Virus record (IMG/VR): IMGVR_UViG_3300049070_000135
Span: 1-54,239 of that record
Strand: one strand, 5' to 3'
From: a virus
Lineage: Duplodnaviria > Caudoviricetes
Length of the DNA stretch: 54,239 bases
Made by a program: the position numbers and the translations under genes. Each line of letters starts with the position of its first letter. The first letter of the stretch is position 1. Below are positions 54,201 through 54,239 of the stretch, piece after piece. A model generated the notes under the pieces. The model saw only the letters and a list, made by a program, of their open reading frames with translations, was not told where the DNA came from and made no database searches.

Positions 54201-54239
54201 CGCAGTGCCCCCGACCCCGCCAGGAACCCCCAGACCATC

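Overview
This window is about 54 kb of a high-GC tailed bacteriophage genome (siphovirus-type; GC roughly two-thirds by eye). The + strand (264-35.9k) carries the late operon: terminase, fibre-like genes, portal, a block of exported proteases and enzymes, prohead protease/scaffold, capsid, neck, tail tube, frameshifting chaperone, tape measure and tail-tip/fibre genes. The convergent - strand (36k-54.2k) carries replication, recombination and modification genes: PolA, clamp loader, SSB, UvsY/RecA, N4/N6 methyltransferase, RuvC, a split SbcCD/Rad50, a PRTase and a Mom-like protein. A TIGR02996-like domain and Cys-rich tail proteins suggest a Planctomycetota (Gemmataceae-like) host; this is an inference. 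The most notable signal is two free-standing HNH endonuclease genes. Each sits between an AT-recoded copy of the upstream gene's 3' end and an orphaned relic of that same 3' end, which points to a 'gene-end replacement' mobile cassette. Short AT3-rich synonymous patches also recur over catalytic motifs of many core genes. The 38.2-38.64 kb intergenic region holds a probable sRNA unit and a larger structured element. No integrase, tRNA, CRISPR array or reverse transcriptase was seen. All family calls come from motif recognition, not database searches.
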